Shown here: positions 7,650-16,234 of the stretch, piece by piece
Layout of the letters: each line of letters begins with the position of its first letter
Numbering within the stretch: the stretch's first letter is position 1
Source of the DNA: Chloroflexi bacterium RBG_13_51_18
Lineage (GTDB): Bacteria > Chloroflexota > Dehalococcoidia > Dehalococcoidales > RBG-16-60-22
NCBI GenBank assembly: GCA_001796495.1
Contig: MGMR01000111.1
Span: 1-34,051 of the forward strand
Length of the DNA stretch: 34,051 bases
Reading direction: 5' to 3'
Position numbers and translations under genes: made by a program
Notes under the pieces: generated by a model
Databases searched by the model: none
The model's input: the letters and a program-made list of their open reading frames with translations, nothing else
Told to the model about the DNA's origin: nothing

Positions 7650-8990
7650 ATGGTAAAACAATGGGAAGAAATGACCCCGGCGGAAAAACGTCAAGACCTG
7701 GACAGCAAATGGCTTTCCCCGCCGGAAGCTAAGTACGCCAACGCTGAGGCTGAAAAGGAATATAAAGCCAGAGTGCAAAGGATTATGGACGCCGTTAATA
7801 TGAAGAAACCGGATAGAGTGCCGATAGTCCCGATGGTCGGCTTCTTCGGCGCGTATATTTCCGGCTTAACCCCGTACGACGCGATGTATGATTATGATAA
7901 ACTCATGAGTTCGTTTTCCAAGTTCGTGCTGGAATATAAACCGGACGCGCACGTCAGTGTGACGGTCTCCCCTCCGGGAAAGCTCCATGATATTATCGAC
8001 TACAAACTGTATGCCTGGCCCGGCCATGGAGTCGCCAAGGAGCATTCCTACCAGTGCCTCGAGGGTGAATACATGAAGGCTAATGAGTATGATGCCCTGA
8101 TTGACGACCCCACTTATTACTTTTTGACGGGCTGGCTCCCGCGCGTTATGGGTGCGCTCGATGGTCTGAAGATGCTTTCTCCTTTCACCAACATGACGGA
8201 AATGTACGGCGGATTCACCGGCGCGGCTTTCGTGCCCTTCGGCCTGCCGCCGGTCAAGGCAGCTTTAAAAGCGCTTTCTGATGCTGGCGATGAAGCCTTA
8301 AAGTGGATTCAAACCGTGGGCGCTTTCGGCGCATCGATGACTGCGGCCGGTTTTCCAGGATTCTTCGGCGGCGGCACTAAAGTGTCCTTTGATACCATCG
8401 GGGATACCCTGCGGGGCACCAAGGGCATTATCATGGACATGTACCGTCAACCCGCCAAACTCATGCGTGCTATGGAGCAGTTGACGCCGATAATGGTAAA
8501 AATGGGCGTTGCCAATGCCAAATTGAACGGCTGTCCCATCGTGTTTATACCGTTGCATAAAGGAGCCGACGGCTTCCTCAACGATGAGCAGTTTAAGAAA
8601 TTCTACTGGCCGGCTCTTAGAGACCTCATGGAAGGGCTGGTAAAAGAAGGCTGTATCCCGTTCCCCTGGGCGGAAGGTGGCTATAATTCCCGCTTAAAGG
8701 TCATTAAAGACTCGCCCAAGGGAAAAGTTATATGGGGCTTCGATACCACGGATATGGCCGAAGCCAAGAGAATACTGGGCGATGTCTGCTGCATCGTCGG
8801 AAATATGTCCATCGCTACTCTTAGCGTCGGCACTCCGGAAGACGTCAAGAACTCCGTTAAGAAACTCATCGCCGATTGCGCCAAGGGCGGCGGCTATATC
8901 ATGATGAGCGGGGCTGTAATTGAAGACGCGCCCCCGGCCAACGTGAAGATGTTCATTGATGCCACCAAGGAATTAGGCGTCTATAAATAG
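7650..8990 (+). CDS. Uroporphyrinogen-decarboxylase (URO-D) family corrinoid-dependent methyltransferase
   Basis: 446 aa with RBS AAGGAGG, placed directly after the corrinoid protein gene. It has URO-D/MtaA-like architecture (PDRVPIVPMVG..., C-terminal GGGYIMMSG). It is a full-length paralogue of 28542..29804. Confidence 0.8.
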   Translation: MVKQWEEMTPAEKRQDLDSKWLSPPEAKYANAEAEKEYKARVQRIMDAVNMKKPDRVPIVPMVGFFGAYISGLTPYDAMYDYDKLMSSFSKFVLEYKPDAHVSVTVSPPGKLHDIIDYKLYAWPGHGVAKEHSYQCLEGEYMKANEYDALIDDPTYYFLTGWLPRVMGALDGLKMLSPFTNMTEMYGGFTGAAFVPFGLPPVKAALKALSDAGDEALKWIQTVGAFGASMTAAGFPGFFGGGTKVSFDTIGDTLRGTKGIIMDMYRQPAKLMRAMEQLTPIMVKMGVANAKLNGCPIVFIPLHKGADGFLNDEQFKKFYWPALRDLMEGLVKEGCIPFPWAEGGYNSRLKVIKDSPKGKVIWGFDTTDMAEAKRILGDVCCIVGNMSIATLSVGTPEDVKNSVKKLIADCAKGGGYIMMSGAVIEDAPPANVKMFIDATKELGVYK

Positions 8991-9020
8991 AAACTGGCGC
9001 GTTATACAAGCATAAAGAAA

Positions 9021-9052
9021 GAGGGGGGCGTAAAAACCCCCCTCAACTTTTT
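9021..9052. terminator. Bidirectional intrinsic terminator between convergent genes
   Basis: An 8-bp GC stem, GAGGGGGG (9021..9028) paired with CCCCCCTC (9037..9044), has an 8-nt loop. It is followed by a T run on the plus strand (AACTTTTT) and by TTTCTTT on the minus strand. Confidence 0.6.
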
Positions 9053-9065
9053 CCCTTGACCGGGA

Positions 9066-9833
9066 CTAAAGCATTATGGTCCCGCCGTCGATGTAATACA
9101 CCTGCCCGGTTATAAAGTCGGACTCATCTGAAGCCAGGAATACCGCCGCGCCCGTCATGTCCACCGGCTGGCCGCGCCGGCGTAGGGTCTGCTCGCTGGT
9201 GGCAAACTCGAACGTTTTATCGCTGCCCTGCTGGCTTAAACTAGCCTCGGAAGCGGTGAATCCCGGAGCGATGGCATTAACGTTGATGCCGGAGGAACCC
9301 AGCGCCCTGGCCATAGCATGGGTGAACGTGTAGAGCGCGCCTTTGCCGCAGGAATACGGCATAAACAGCATGGCCGCCGGGACCTGCGCCACGTTGGACG
9401 CGATATTGATAATCTTGCCTTTCTTGGCTTTGACCATCAGCGGCGCAACATATTTACAGACCAGCCACGTGCCGATGACATTCACTTTGAAAATCCGTTC
9501 CCAGTCCTCTACCTTCCAGGCGTCCCAGGGGGTAATATTGAGTCCGTACCAGATGGCCGCGTTATTGAGAAGGATATCCACTTTGCCAAACTGCTTCATA
9601 GCTTCATCGGCTATCTTTTTGCAGTCGTTTTCTACGGAGATATCCGCTTTTACAAGCGCTACTTTAACGCCCTTTGCCTTTACCTCTTCAACGGTGCCCT
9701 GAGCTCTTTCAAGGCTGGTGGTGGTCAGCAAAAGATTAGCACCCTCCTCGGCGTATTTTAAGGCGAAAGCCTTGCCGAGACCGCGACTGGCCCCGGTAAT
9801 AATAGCCACCTTGCCCTTCAACGCTTGTGACAT
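9066..9833 (-). CDS. SDR-family oxidoreductase (FabG-like)
   Basis: 255 aa with TGASRGLG cofactor motif, NNAA motif and RBS AAGGAGG. Confidence 0.9.
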   Translation of the reverse strand: MSQALKGKVAIITGASRGLGKAFALKYAEEGANLLLTTTSLERAQGTVEEVKAKGVKVALVKADISVENDCKKIADEAMKQFGKVDILLNNAAIWYGLNITPWDAWKVEDWERIFKVNVIGTWLVCKYVAPLMVKAKKGKIINIASNVAQVPAAMLFMPYSCGKGALYTFTHAMARALGSSGINVNAIAPGFTASEASLSQQGSDKTFEFATSEQTLRRRGQPVDMTGAAVFLASDESDFITGQVYYIDGGTIML

Positions 9834-9935
9834 GTTTTCCTCCTTTAATATTTAAGAATATTCAATCAACCTAGAAAAATTTACATCACCCTTTAAACTA
9901 TGTCAAGTTCAGGTTTCTGTCACCCGGATCCTTGG

Positions 9936-9965
9936 TTGAATAAAATATACGGAAGGGAGTACAAT
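9936..9965 (+). promoter_or_regulatory. Candidate promoter of the AprA-like / ferredoxin pair
   Basis: TTGAAT (9936..9941), an 18-nt spacer, then TACAAT (9960..9965). It lies inside the unlikely N-terminal extension of track ORF 9900..11963. Confidence 0.35.
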
Positions 9966-10019
9966 CTAACACGACCGAGTTTCATTTTATCAGTTACATA
10001 TGTAAAAGGAGGTATAAAC

Positions 10020-11963
10020 ATGACCCGATGGCATGACTTTATTGAAAAGGACGGCAAGCCACCCGCTTGGCCGTACCCTATAAACTATGACCGGGAACAG
10101 GAAATTGAGACCGACGTGCTGGTCATCGGCGGAGGCATAGCGGGGTGCTGGGCGGCCATCAGCGCTGCCCGTAAAGGCGTCCGAGTTGCTCTTGTTGAAA
10201 AGGGCGATTCCATCCGTAGCGGCGCCGGAGGCCCGGGTTGCGACCACTGGTGCAACGCCCCCGCTAATCCTTTATCTAATGTAGACCCGGATGAATGGGC
10301 GGAGCACATGGCCGAGCCGCCGTATTCCAACGGCATCGGCATTCAGATACAGTGCCGCGAGGACTGGGACACGCTGGTCGAGATGGAGCAGATAGGCGGG
10401 AAAATCCGGGACACCAAGGATGAATTTACCGGCGCAAAAGGCCGCGACGAGAAGTCGAAGCTGATGATATCCCCGCGCTATACTAAAGTGCACAGCTATA
10501 TCCCCGGTTCGCAAAAGCCGATAACCTTTAAAAGTAACCCGGAAGGAAAGCTGAACAATGTAGTAATACGGGTCTGGGGTTCTACTTTTAAACCCGCATT
10601 AAAAAAGGAATGCAAGCGGCTGGGCGTGAAAATTTACGACCGCGTTATGGTGACGAGTCTCCTGACGGAAAAGGGAGTCCAGGGCGCCAGGGTTATCGGC
10701 GCTACGGGGCTGAACAACCGCACCGGGGAATTCATGATATTCAAGTCGAAAGCCGCCGTGCTGGCTACGGCGGGGGACTGGTCGCTGTATGTCTTAAACA
10801 CCGAACTGGCTGGCTATAATACCTTCCGCTCCCGCAACCAGACTGGCGACGGCGTGGCCATGGCCTGGAGGGCCGGAGCTGCTCTCACTGTGATGGAGAG
10901 AACGGGGATTATGATGCTAGGAACCGGCTACAAGCATACCTGGTACGGCGGCGCCGGTGACGCCAGCTATGAGAATGTGCCGATTGTAGACGCCAACGGC
11001 AAAAGGCTGCCGTGGCCAACGCAGGGCTGGGAGGACGCCGGCGCTATGAGACCCACCCCGGAAGATATGGAGAAAATAATCAAGGGAGTCCAAAGCGGCG
11101 AATACACCCTGCCTTTTTACGGCGATTTTCCCGCTATGGCTGAAGTCGAACGCAGGGTTACCTGGAACATGATGCTGGGCGAGGAATCGACCACGAAAAA
11201 CATCATCGATTCTTACGGCAAGGGCGGCTTCGACCCCGCCAGGCACCTCCTCCAGAATTACAACTTTATCGAAGGGACGAGCCCGTCTCAATGGCGTTCC
11301 GCCGGCGGCGGACCGGTGGTCGACTGGGATTTAAAGTCGACCCTCGACGGGCTGTACGTTGCCGGGGAGCAGAGCTACTCTGCCGGCGACCATTCCTACG
11401 CGGCGTCAACAGGACGTTATGCCGGGCGCAAAGCCGCCGAATTCTCGCGGCAGGCCGGGGATGCAAAAGTACTAAAAGACCAGGTCACCCTGGAGAAAGC
11501 CCGTGTTTACGCCCCGATAAAGCGTAGCGACGGCATCGACTGGAAGGAGCTGCATGCCGGCATCGCCCGCGCCATGCAGTACTTCTGCAGCGAATACAAG
11601 ACCGAGTCGCTATTGAAAATGGGGCTGGACGCACTTAAAGAAATAGAAGAAGTATTTGTCCCCCGACTATATGCTATTGATCCGCATAAATTAATGCGCA
11701 GCCTCGAGGACTTGAGCCTGCTCAACCACGGCCAGATTATCCTGAACGCGTCCCTGGCGCGCAAGGCCAGCAGCCGGATGCTGAACTTCTTCAGAATCGA
11801 CTTCCCCAAGGTCGACCCGCCGGATTGGAACAAGTTTGTTACCGTCAAGCTGGAAAATGGCAAAGTCAAGGCCGGCGAGCTGCCACTCGATTACTGTGGC
11901 AATATGAAAGCCAATTATGAAGCACACAATAAAGACTACGCCAGTGTATATAAGGGAAAATAA
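10020..11963 (+). CDS. FAD-dependent oxidoreductase of the fumarate reductase / succinate dehydrogenase / APS reductase alpha (AprA-like) flavoprotein family
   Basis: I take the start at ATG 10020, which has RBS AAAGGAGG 6 nt upstream. The dinucleotide-binding motif DVLVIGGGIAGCWAAISAARKG is followed by VEKGDSIRSGAGG. The size is 647 aa, and the downstream partner is a small 2x[4Fe-4S] protein, as in AprAB. Confidence 0.75.
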   Translation: MTRWHDFIEKDGKPPAWPYPINYDREQEIETDVLVIGGGIAGCWAAISAARKGVRVALVEKGDSIRSGAGGPGCDHWCNAPANPLSNVDPDEWAEHMAEPPYSNGIGIQIQCREDWDTLVEMEQIGGKIRDTKDEFTGAKGRDEKSKLMISPRYTKVHSYIPGSQKPITFKSNPEGKLNNVVIRVWGSTFKPALKKECKRLGVKIYDRVMVTSLLTEKGVQGARVIGATGLNNRTGEFMIFKSKAAVLATAGDWSLYVLNTELAGYNTFRSRNQTGDGVAMAWRAGAALTVMERTGIMMLGTGYKHTWYGGAGDASYENVPIVDANGKRLPWPTQGWEDAGAMRPTPEDMEKIIKGVQSGEYTLPFYGDFPAMAEVERRVTWNMMLGEESTTKNIIDSYGKGGFDPARHLLQNYNFIEGTSPSQWRSAGGGPVVDWDLKSTLDGLYVAGEQSYSAGDHSYAASTGRYAGRKAAEFSRQAGDAKVLKDQVTLEKARVYAPIKRSDGIDWKELHAGIARAMQYFCSEYKTESLLKMGLDALKEIEEVFVPRLYAIDPHKLMRSLEDLSLLNHGQIILNASLARKASSRMLNFFRIDFPKVDPPDWNKFVTVKLENGKVKAGELPLDYCGNMKANYEAHNKDYASVYKGK

Positions 11964-11973
11964 GGAGACTGCA

Positions 11974-12276
11974 ATGGCTCAAAAGAAAACATATGCGTTG
12001 CCTAATGTTACCACCCCAGGTACCCCGGTGATTTTCCACCCGGAAGTCTGCAACGGCTGCAACCACTGTGTGGAAGTCTGTCAGGTGGATGTCTATATTC
12101 CCAACCCGGAAAAAGGAAAACCGCCGGTTATCCTGCACCCGGATGAGTGCTGGTACTGCGGCTGTTGTGTCAACGATTGCCCCCGCCCCGGCTCCATTAC
12201 CTTTAACTGGCCGGTGCAGCAGCGCGCCTACTGGAAAGATAAGGCCACCGGCAAGGTCTTGAGGGATAGTCAATAA
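11974..12276 (+). CDS. Small 2x[4Fe-4S] ferredoxin-like subunit (AprB-like)
   Basis: I take the start at ATG 11974, where RBS AAGGAG overlaps the upstream stop codon. The cluster motifs are CNGCNHCVEVC and CWYCGCCVNDCP. Confidence 0.8.
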   Translation: MAQKKTYALPNVTTPGTPVIFHPEVCNGCNHCVEVCQVDVYIPNPEKGKPPVILHPDECWYCGCCVNDCPRPGSITFNWPVQQRAYWKDKATGKVLRDSQ

Positions 12277-12285
12277 TACATTATT

Positions 12286-12387
12286 TGTCATTGCGAGGAA
12301 CGAAGTGACGTGGCAATCTCGACGATTGAACTAAATAATTAATAGGGGTTGCCGCGTCTTCACTTCTGCAATGGTCTCGCGATGACA
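12286..12387. repeat. Long imperfect palindromic (REP-like) element between convergent genes
   Basis: The outer 12-bp stem pairs TGTCATTGCGAG (12286..12297) with CTCGCGATGACA (12376..12387), with one G-U pair. An inner stem pairs GAAGTGA with TCACTTC, and GGCAA with TTGCC. The arm sequence resembles the GTCATTGCGAG..GAAG..GCAATC palindromes common in many bacterial genomes. Confidence 0.5.
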
Positions 12388-12391
12388 GTAA

Positions 12392-13771
12392 TTAACCCAG
12401 CAGCCTGATTATATCGGCGGCGTCGTTTAATTTATCCAGCCGCCCCACCATATCGATTACCTTTTCCGCTTTGGCGTCGGATAAAGGCTTTATTGAGCAG
12501 GGCGCACACTCCCGGAATTTAATCGTCACGTCCTCAAAAGACATCGGCCTCTGTACGCTGCCGAGGCAGTTTTCCACCTCTTCGGTGTACTCCCGGCCGT
12601 CCTGCATCTTAATGGTTACCCCGCCCGGCTCCACCCCGTGACGGTTCATCGCAGGCTCCAGCCGGGTGTCTATCTTTTGCGCCAGCCTTAAAATCTCCGG
12701 TCTTTTTATCGCCTCATCGGTGAAATCGTCCACAGTCACCTTCCCTTTGGCTAAAGCTATCGCCACCACCCATGGGACGCTGAACTGCGCGTCGATAATT
12801 GTCCGCGGGGCTTTCTTTATTTCCGGCGGCTGCGCGTGCTGGTAGACCTTATCGCCGCCGTAGACGGTTATTTCCTTTATATCGTCGGCATTTATGTTGT
12901 GTTTCGACTTCAAAGCCAGAGCGGCATCAATGCAGGCGTGGGTCAGACCGCAGCAGGGATAAGGTTTATCCCCGATATCGATAACCTCGAACCTCTTTCC
13001 CAGATCCGCCGTCAGTATCTTTGGGTTGTAGTCCCCGCCCATGTAGGTATTGTAGAGTCCCGTCTTCCCTTCGAGGGGGTCGCGCTCGCCGGTAATGCCC
13101 CTTTCCGCCATCAGGGCGGCGGTAATGCCCCCTTTTGCCGCCAGGCCCGGCCCCATCCTTTTCGCCAGCGCGCCGTCCGCCACGCCGGTGCCGGCACCGC
13201 CGCACTGGTGATAGGCCAGTCCCAGCGCGTTAATCATCCCTTCTTCATCGAGTCCCATTATCCTGCCAGCGACGGCGGCGCTGCCCAGGTAACCGAACAG
13301 GGTCGTCGGGTGCCAGCCGGAAGCCATAGCACTGCCGCCCGGCTTACTGGCCATTCCCAACCTCGCCGTAAAGTCGCCCCCCAGCGCTATCGCCGTGATT
13401 AATTCCCTGCCGTTCACTTTGCCCATACGCTCCGCTACGGCAAAAGCGGTGGATACGGCCACGCACCCGATATGCACAAGTGCCGCCTGGTGGCCGTCAT
13501 CATAATCTAAAGCATGAATCATCGTGCCATTGACCTGGGCGGCGTTGGGGGCGGGGCATTTGAAACCGTAAGCGATAACCGTGCTTTGCTTAGCGCCTCC
13601 AAATTCATTGACCATGTCCACCAGCTCTTTAACGCCCGCCTTTGACGAGCCGCCCAGCGCCGTCGCCAGGCTGTCCAGTACCTCTTTCTTGACCGCTGCT
13701 ACGGCATCGGCGGGGATATCATCATATCTTGTTTTAACAAAGTGCTTCACAAATTCGTTTATCACAGTCAT
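12392..13771 (-). CDS. MmgE/PrpD-family protein (2-methylcitrate dehydratase-like fold; substrate unknown)
   Basis: 459 aa with full-length family-typical sequence (VKHFVKTRYDDIPADAV..., HALDYDD, GWHPT). Confidence 0.85.
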   Translation of the reverse strand: MTVINEFVKHFVKTRYDDIPADAVAAVKKEVLDSLATALGGSSKAGVKELVDMVNEFGGAKQSTVIAYGFKCPAPNAAQVNGTMIHALDYDDGHQAALVHIGCVAVSTAFAVAERMGKVNGRELITAIALGGDFTARLGMASKPGGSAMASGWHPTTLFGYLGSAAVAGRIMGLDEEGMINALGLAYHQCGGAGTGVADGALAKRMGPGLAAKGGITAALMAERGITGERDPLEGKTGLYNTYMGGDYNPKILTADLGKRFEVIDIGDKPYPCCGLTHACIDAALALKSKHNINADDIKEITVYGGDKVYQHAQPPEIKKAPRTIIDAQFSVPWVVAIALAKGKVTVDDFTDEAIKRPEILRLAQKIDTRLEPAMNRHGVEPGGVTIKMQDGREYTEEVENCLGSVQRPMSFEDVTIKFRECAPCSIKPLSDAKAEKVIDMVGRLDKLNDAADIIRLLG

Positions 13772-13792
13772 GAACTTTTATCTCCTGTTCTT

Positions 13793-14503
13793 TCAGGTCT
13801 TCTTTTTCACAAACGGCGGCGGCCATCCTAATTTCGTCTCTCCACCTATTTTTATACGATTATTGCATTTTTTGTAACCTTCGGCGAGCGTCATCGTCCG
13901 GCTAAACCCTACGCCGATAACTTTGCTCTTGGGAAAATCAAGATAGCAGTAAAAAGGCATAAACTCATCCGCGCCCTGCGCATGGAAAAACTTGAGCGCG
14001 GCGCATTCGGTGAAGTTAGAGCCTCGGTCAAACTCTTTGCCGTCACCCATGATAAAGTCGAATGCATAGTTACCAGGATATCGCAGTTCCTTCGCCTTTT
14101 CCGCCCGTTCTCTACGCTGTTCAACAAATTGCATAGTGGTTAGTCTTTCCTTTGCCGGGATTACCGGCAGGGGCCTGTAAATTCGCGTCAGAATAGCCTT
14201 GTAGAGTATCTTGCCTGTCTCTTCAGCAGTTTTGCCATGCTTTTTCATAGCTTTATACAGCGCCAGGTATCTAACAGATTCCAATAATGAGTTAGTCAAG
14301 TGATTTTCATCCCCACCAATATAGGGTATATGCGGTATCAAAGCCTCGAATTCTTTCCTTGCCTCCCACAAGATACCCCCGGCGAATTCATGCCAGTATA
14401 ATTTGTTAATCACCGGCCTCCAGATTCTTGCCTCTTCATCGAATTTATCAAGGAGTTCGGATTTTTTATTTGTATGATATTCTTTATCTACCGGGTAATC
14501 CAT
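13793..14503 (-). CDS. Probable L-2-amino-thiazoline-4-carboxylic acid (ATC) hydrolase-family protein
   Basis: 236 aa. The C-terminal pattern ECAALKFFHAQGADEFMPFYCYLDFP ... RTMTLAEGYKKCNNRI resembles the Cys-containing ATC_hydrolase family signature as I recall it. The gene is tightly packed between the SDR and PrpD genes, with gaps of 4 and 21 nt. Confidence 0.55.
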   Translation of the reverse strand: MDYPVDKEYHTNKKSELLDKFDEEARIWRPVINKLYWHEFAGGILWEARKEFEALIPHIPYIGGDENHLTNSLLESVRYLALYKAMKKHGKTAEETGKILYKAILTRIYRPLPVIPAKERLTTMQFVEQRRERAEKAKELRYPGNYAFDFIMGDGKEFDRGSNFTECAALKFFHAQGADEFMPFYCYLDFPKSKVIGVGFSRTMTLAEGYKKCNNRIKIGGETKLGWPPPFVKKKT

Positions 14504-14507
14504 TTTT

Positions 14508-15344
14508 TTAAGTTACTCCGCCTCCCAGTGCAATCACTTCGCCGGTGATATAGTCGGACAGACCGGAAACGAGGAAATATACCAGGTCGGCCGCTTCCTC
14601 AGTCGTCCCCAAACGACCCCACGGGATTATGTGGGCCAGACCCCCCTGGTCTTTCTTCCGCGCTTCCTCCCAGGTAATGCCTTCCACTTCCGCCATTTTC
14701 TGGAAAGCCTCGTCTCTTAAGTTAGTCACTATCATGCCCGGATTGATGCCGTTGACGTTGATTTTATACTTGGCCAACTCCAGCGCCAGACTCTTGGTTA
14801 GCCCGATGGTGCCGTACTTGGCGGCGGAATAGGCCGCACTGCCCGCCACGCCATGCGTCCCCGCCAGAGAGCAGAATATGACGATTTTCCCCCCTTTTCC
14901 CTTCGCCACCATGTCTCTGGCCGCCGCTTTGCAGATGAGGAAAGCCCCCACCAGGTCGATGTCGATAATAGCTCGAATATCCTTTTCCGAGAGGTCGATG
15001 ACCGGCACGCCCACCGGGCCGCGTATAGCGGCGGCATGCACGAGAATATCAACCTTGCCGAATTTCTTGATGACTTTTACCATGCCGGCGTCTATATCTT
15101 TACTTATATTGATATCCATGGTTAACGCCAGGGCTTTCCTGCCCACCGCCTCTATCTCCTTAATGATTTCATTGAGTCCGCCCCAGTTTTCGTCGCCGGG
15201 GAACATGCTTTTAGGTGATGCGAATTTATCCGTCACTATCACATCCGCCCCTTCTTTAGCCAGGCGCAGGGCGATAGCGTGACCCATGCCTCTCTTGCTG
15301 GCGGCCCCGGTTACCATGGCGACTTTTCCCTTCAAGCTGCTCAT
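14508..15344 (-). CDS. SDR-family oxidoreductase with an insertion after beta-2
   Basis: 278 aa. It has VTGAASKRGMGHA, an insertion KFASPKSMFPGDENWGGLNEI, and YSAAK at the active site. Confidence 0.9.
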   Translation of the reverse strand: MSSLKGKVAMVTGAASKRGMGHAIALRLAKEGADVIVTDKFASPKSMFPGDENWGGLNEIIKEIEAVGRKALALTMDINISKDIDAGMVKVIKKFGKVDILVHAAAIRGPVGVPVIDLSEKDIRAIIDIDLVGAFLICKAAARDMVAKGKGGKIVIFCSLAGTHGVAGSAAYSAAKYGTIGLTKSLALELAKYKINVNGINPGMIVTNLRDEAFQKMAEVEGITWEEARKKDQGGLAHIIPWGRLGTTEEAADLVYFLVSGLSDYITGEVIALGGGVT

Positions 15345-15402
15345 AATGTGTCTGTTCTCCTTATTACTTTCTTTATATCAGGATACTATATATTAGTAAA
15401 AC

Positions 15403-15411
15403 TGGTATAAT
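15403..15411 (+). promoter_or_regulatory. Candidate extended -10 promoter element (TGGTATAAT)
   Basis: TGnTATAAT lies at 15403..15411, 35 nt upstream of the ATG at 15446. There is no good -35 element. Confidence 0.3.
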
Positions 15412-15445
15412 AACGTCAAAAGCACTCATCATCGGGGAGGCCATC

Positions 15446-16219
15446 ATGCTGCTTAAAAACAGGGTCGCTATCATCACCGGGGGTGCTAAGGGAATAGGGC
15501 GGGGCATTGCCCTTAAATTCGCTCAGGAGGGCTGCGATGTCGTGGTCAACGCGCTTCACATCGAGGGCGCGGAAAAAGTTGCCGGCGAGATTAAAGCTAT
15601 GGGGCGTAAATCGAGAGCAATCGCCGCTGATGTTGCTAAAAGCGCCCAGGTAAACGACATGGTGGCGAGGACTATCAAGGAATTCGGGAAAATAGATATC
15701 CTGGTAAATAACGCCGGGGGTGTATCCGGCGACTCCAAATTAGAGGACACCACCGACGAAGACTGGGCCAGGGTTATCGGCGTTAATCTAACCGGCCAGT
15801 TTTTATGCTGTCGGGCGGTAGTTCCCCACATGAAAAAGAACAAGTACGGTAAGATAATCAACGTTTCTTCTTTGGGCGCTATTCACCCGCCTGCGCCTAT
15901 CGTGCACTACCACTCGGCTAAGGGCGGGGTGCTGGGGCTGACGACCGACCTGGCTTTTGAGCTGGCCGCCTACAACATCACCGTCAACGCTATTTTACCG
16001 GGCCCGATACGTACGGAATTTTTCACGGAAATGTTGAAGAACATGACCGAAGAAGAGGGCAAGGCTTTCTTTAAAATGCTGGAAAATAAAGTGCCGATGC
16101 ATCGTATGGGCATGCCGGAAGAAATTGCCGGCGTGGCTTTATTCCTGGCTTCTGAACTTTCATCTTACGTCACCGGTGAAGCAATTAACGCCGGCGGAGG
16201 ACTCCCCCTGACACCGTAA
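15446..16219 (+). CDS. SDR-family oxidoreductase (FabG-like)
   Basis: 257 aa with TGGAKGIGRG, NNAG and YHSAK motifs and RBS GGGGAGG. Confidence 0.9.
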   Translation: MLLKNRVAIITGGAKGIGRGIALKFAQEGCDVVVNALHIEGAEKVAGEIKAMGRKSRAIAADVAKSAQVNDMVARTIKEFGKIDILVNNAGGVSGDSKLEDTTDEDWARVIGVNLTGQFLCCRAVVPHMKKNKYGKIINVSSLGAIHPPAPIVHYHSAKGGVLGLTTDLAFELAAYNITVNAILPGPIRTEFFTEMLKNMTEEEGKAFFKMLENKVPMHRMGMPEEIAGVALFLASELSSYVTGEAINAGGGLPLTP

Positions 16220-16234
16220 GATATCCCCGACCCT

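Noticed and set aside
6976-8990. Pyrrolysine (in-frame TAG) or selenocysteine (in-frame TGA) recoding in the corrinoid methyltransferase genes
   Set aside because: Both URO-D paralogues and the corrinoid protein are uninterrupted ORFs of normal length. No MttB/MtbB/MtmB-type gene is present, and I noticed no split ORF pairs flanking a stop codon.
9905-9916. Identical 12-mer AAGTTCAGGTTT in two plus-strand leader regions (9905..9916 and 24968..24979)
   Set aside because: Dozens of identical 12-mer pairs are expected by chance in a 34-kb window, and no extended similarity flanks the match.
9900-10019. N-terminal extensions of track ORFs (9900 start; also 6664..6792, 19809..19880, 21337..21384, 28521..28541, 11917..11973)
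   Set aside because: The extensions lack an RBS, contain promoter-like elements or overlap upstream genes, and precede the conserved domain starts. Internal starts with good SD sequences fit better.
10020-12276. Calling the flavoprotein-ferredoxin pair a genuine dissimilatory APS reductase (aprAB)
   Set aside because: Only the architecture is similar. No sat, qmoABC or dsr genes are nearby, and the N-terminal sequence differs from canonical AprA and AprB. I kept it as AprAB-like with unknown substrate.
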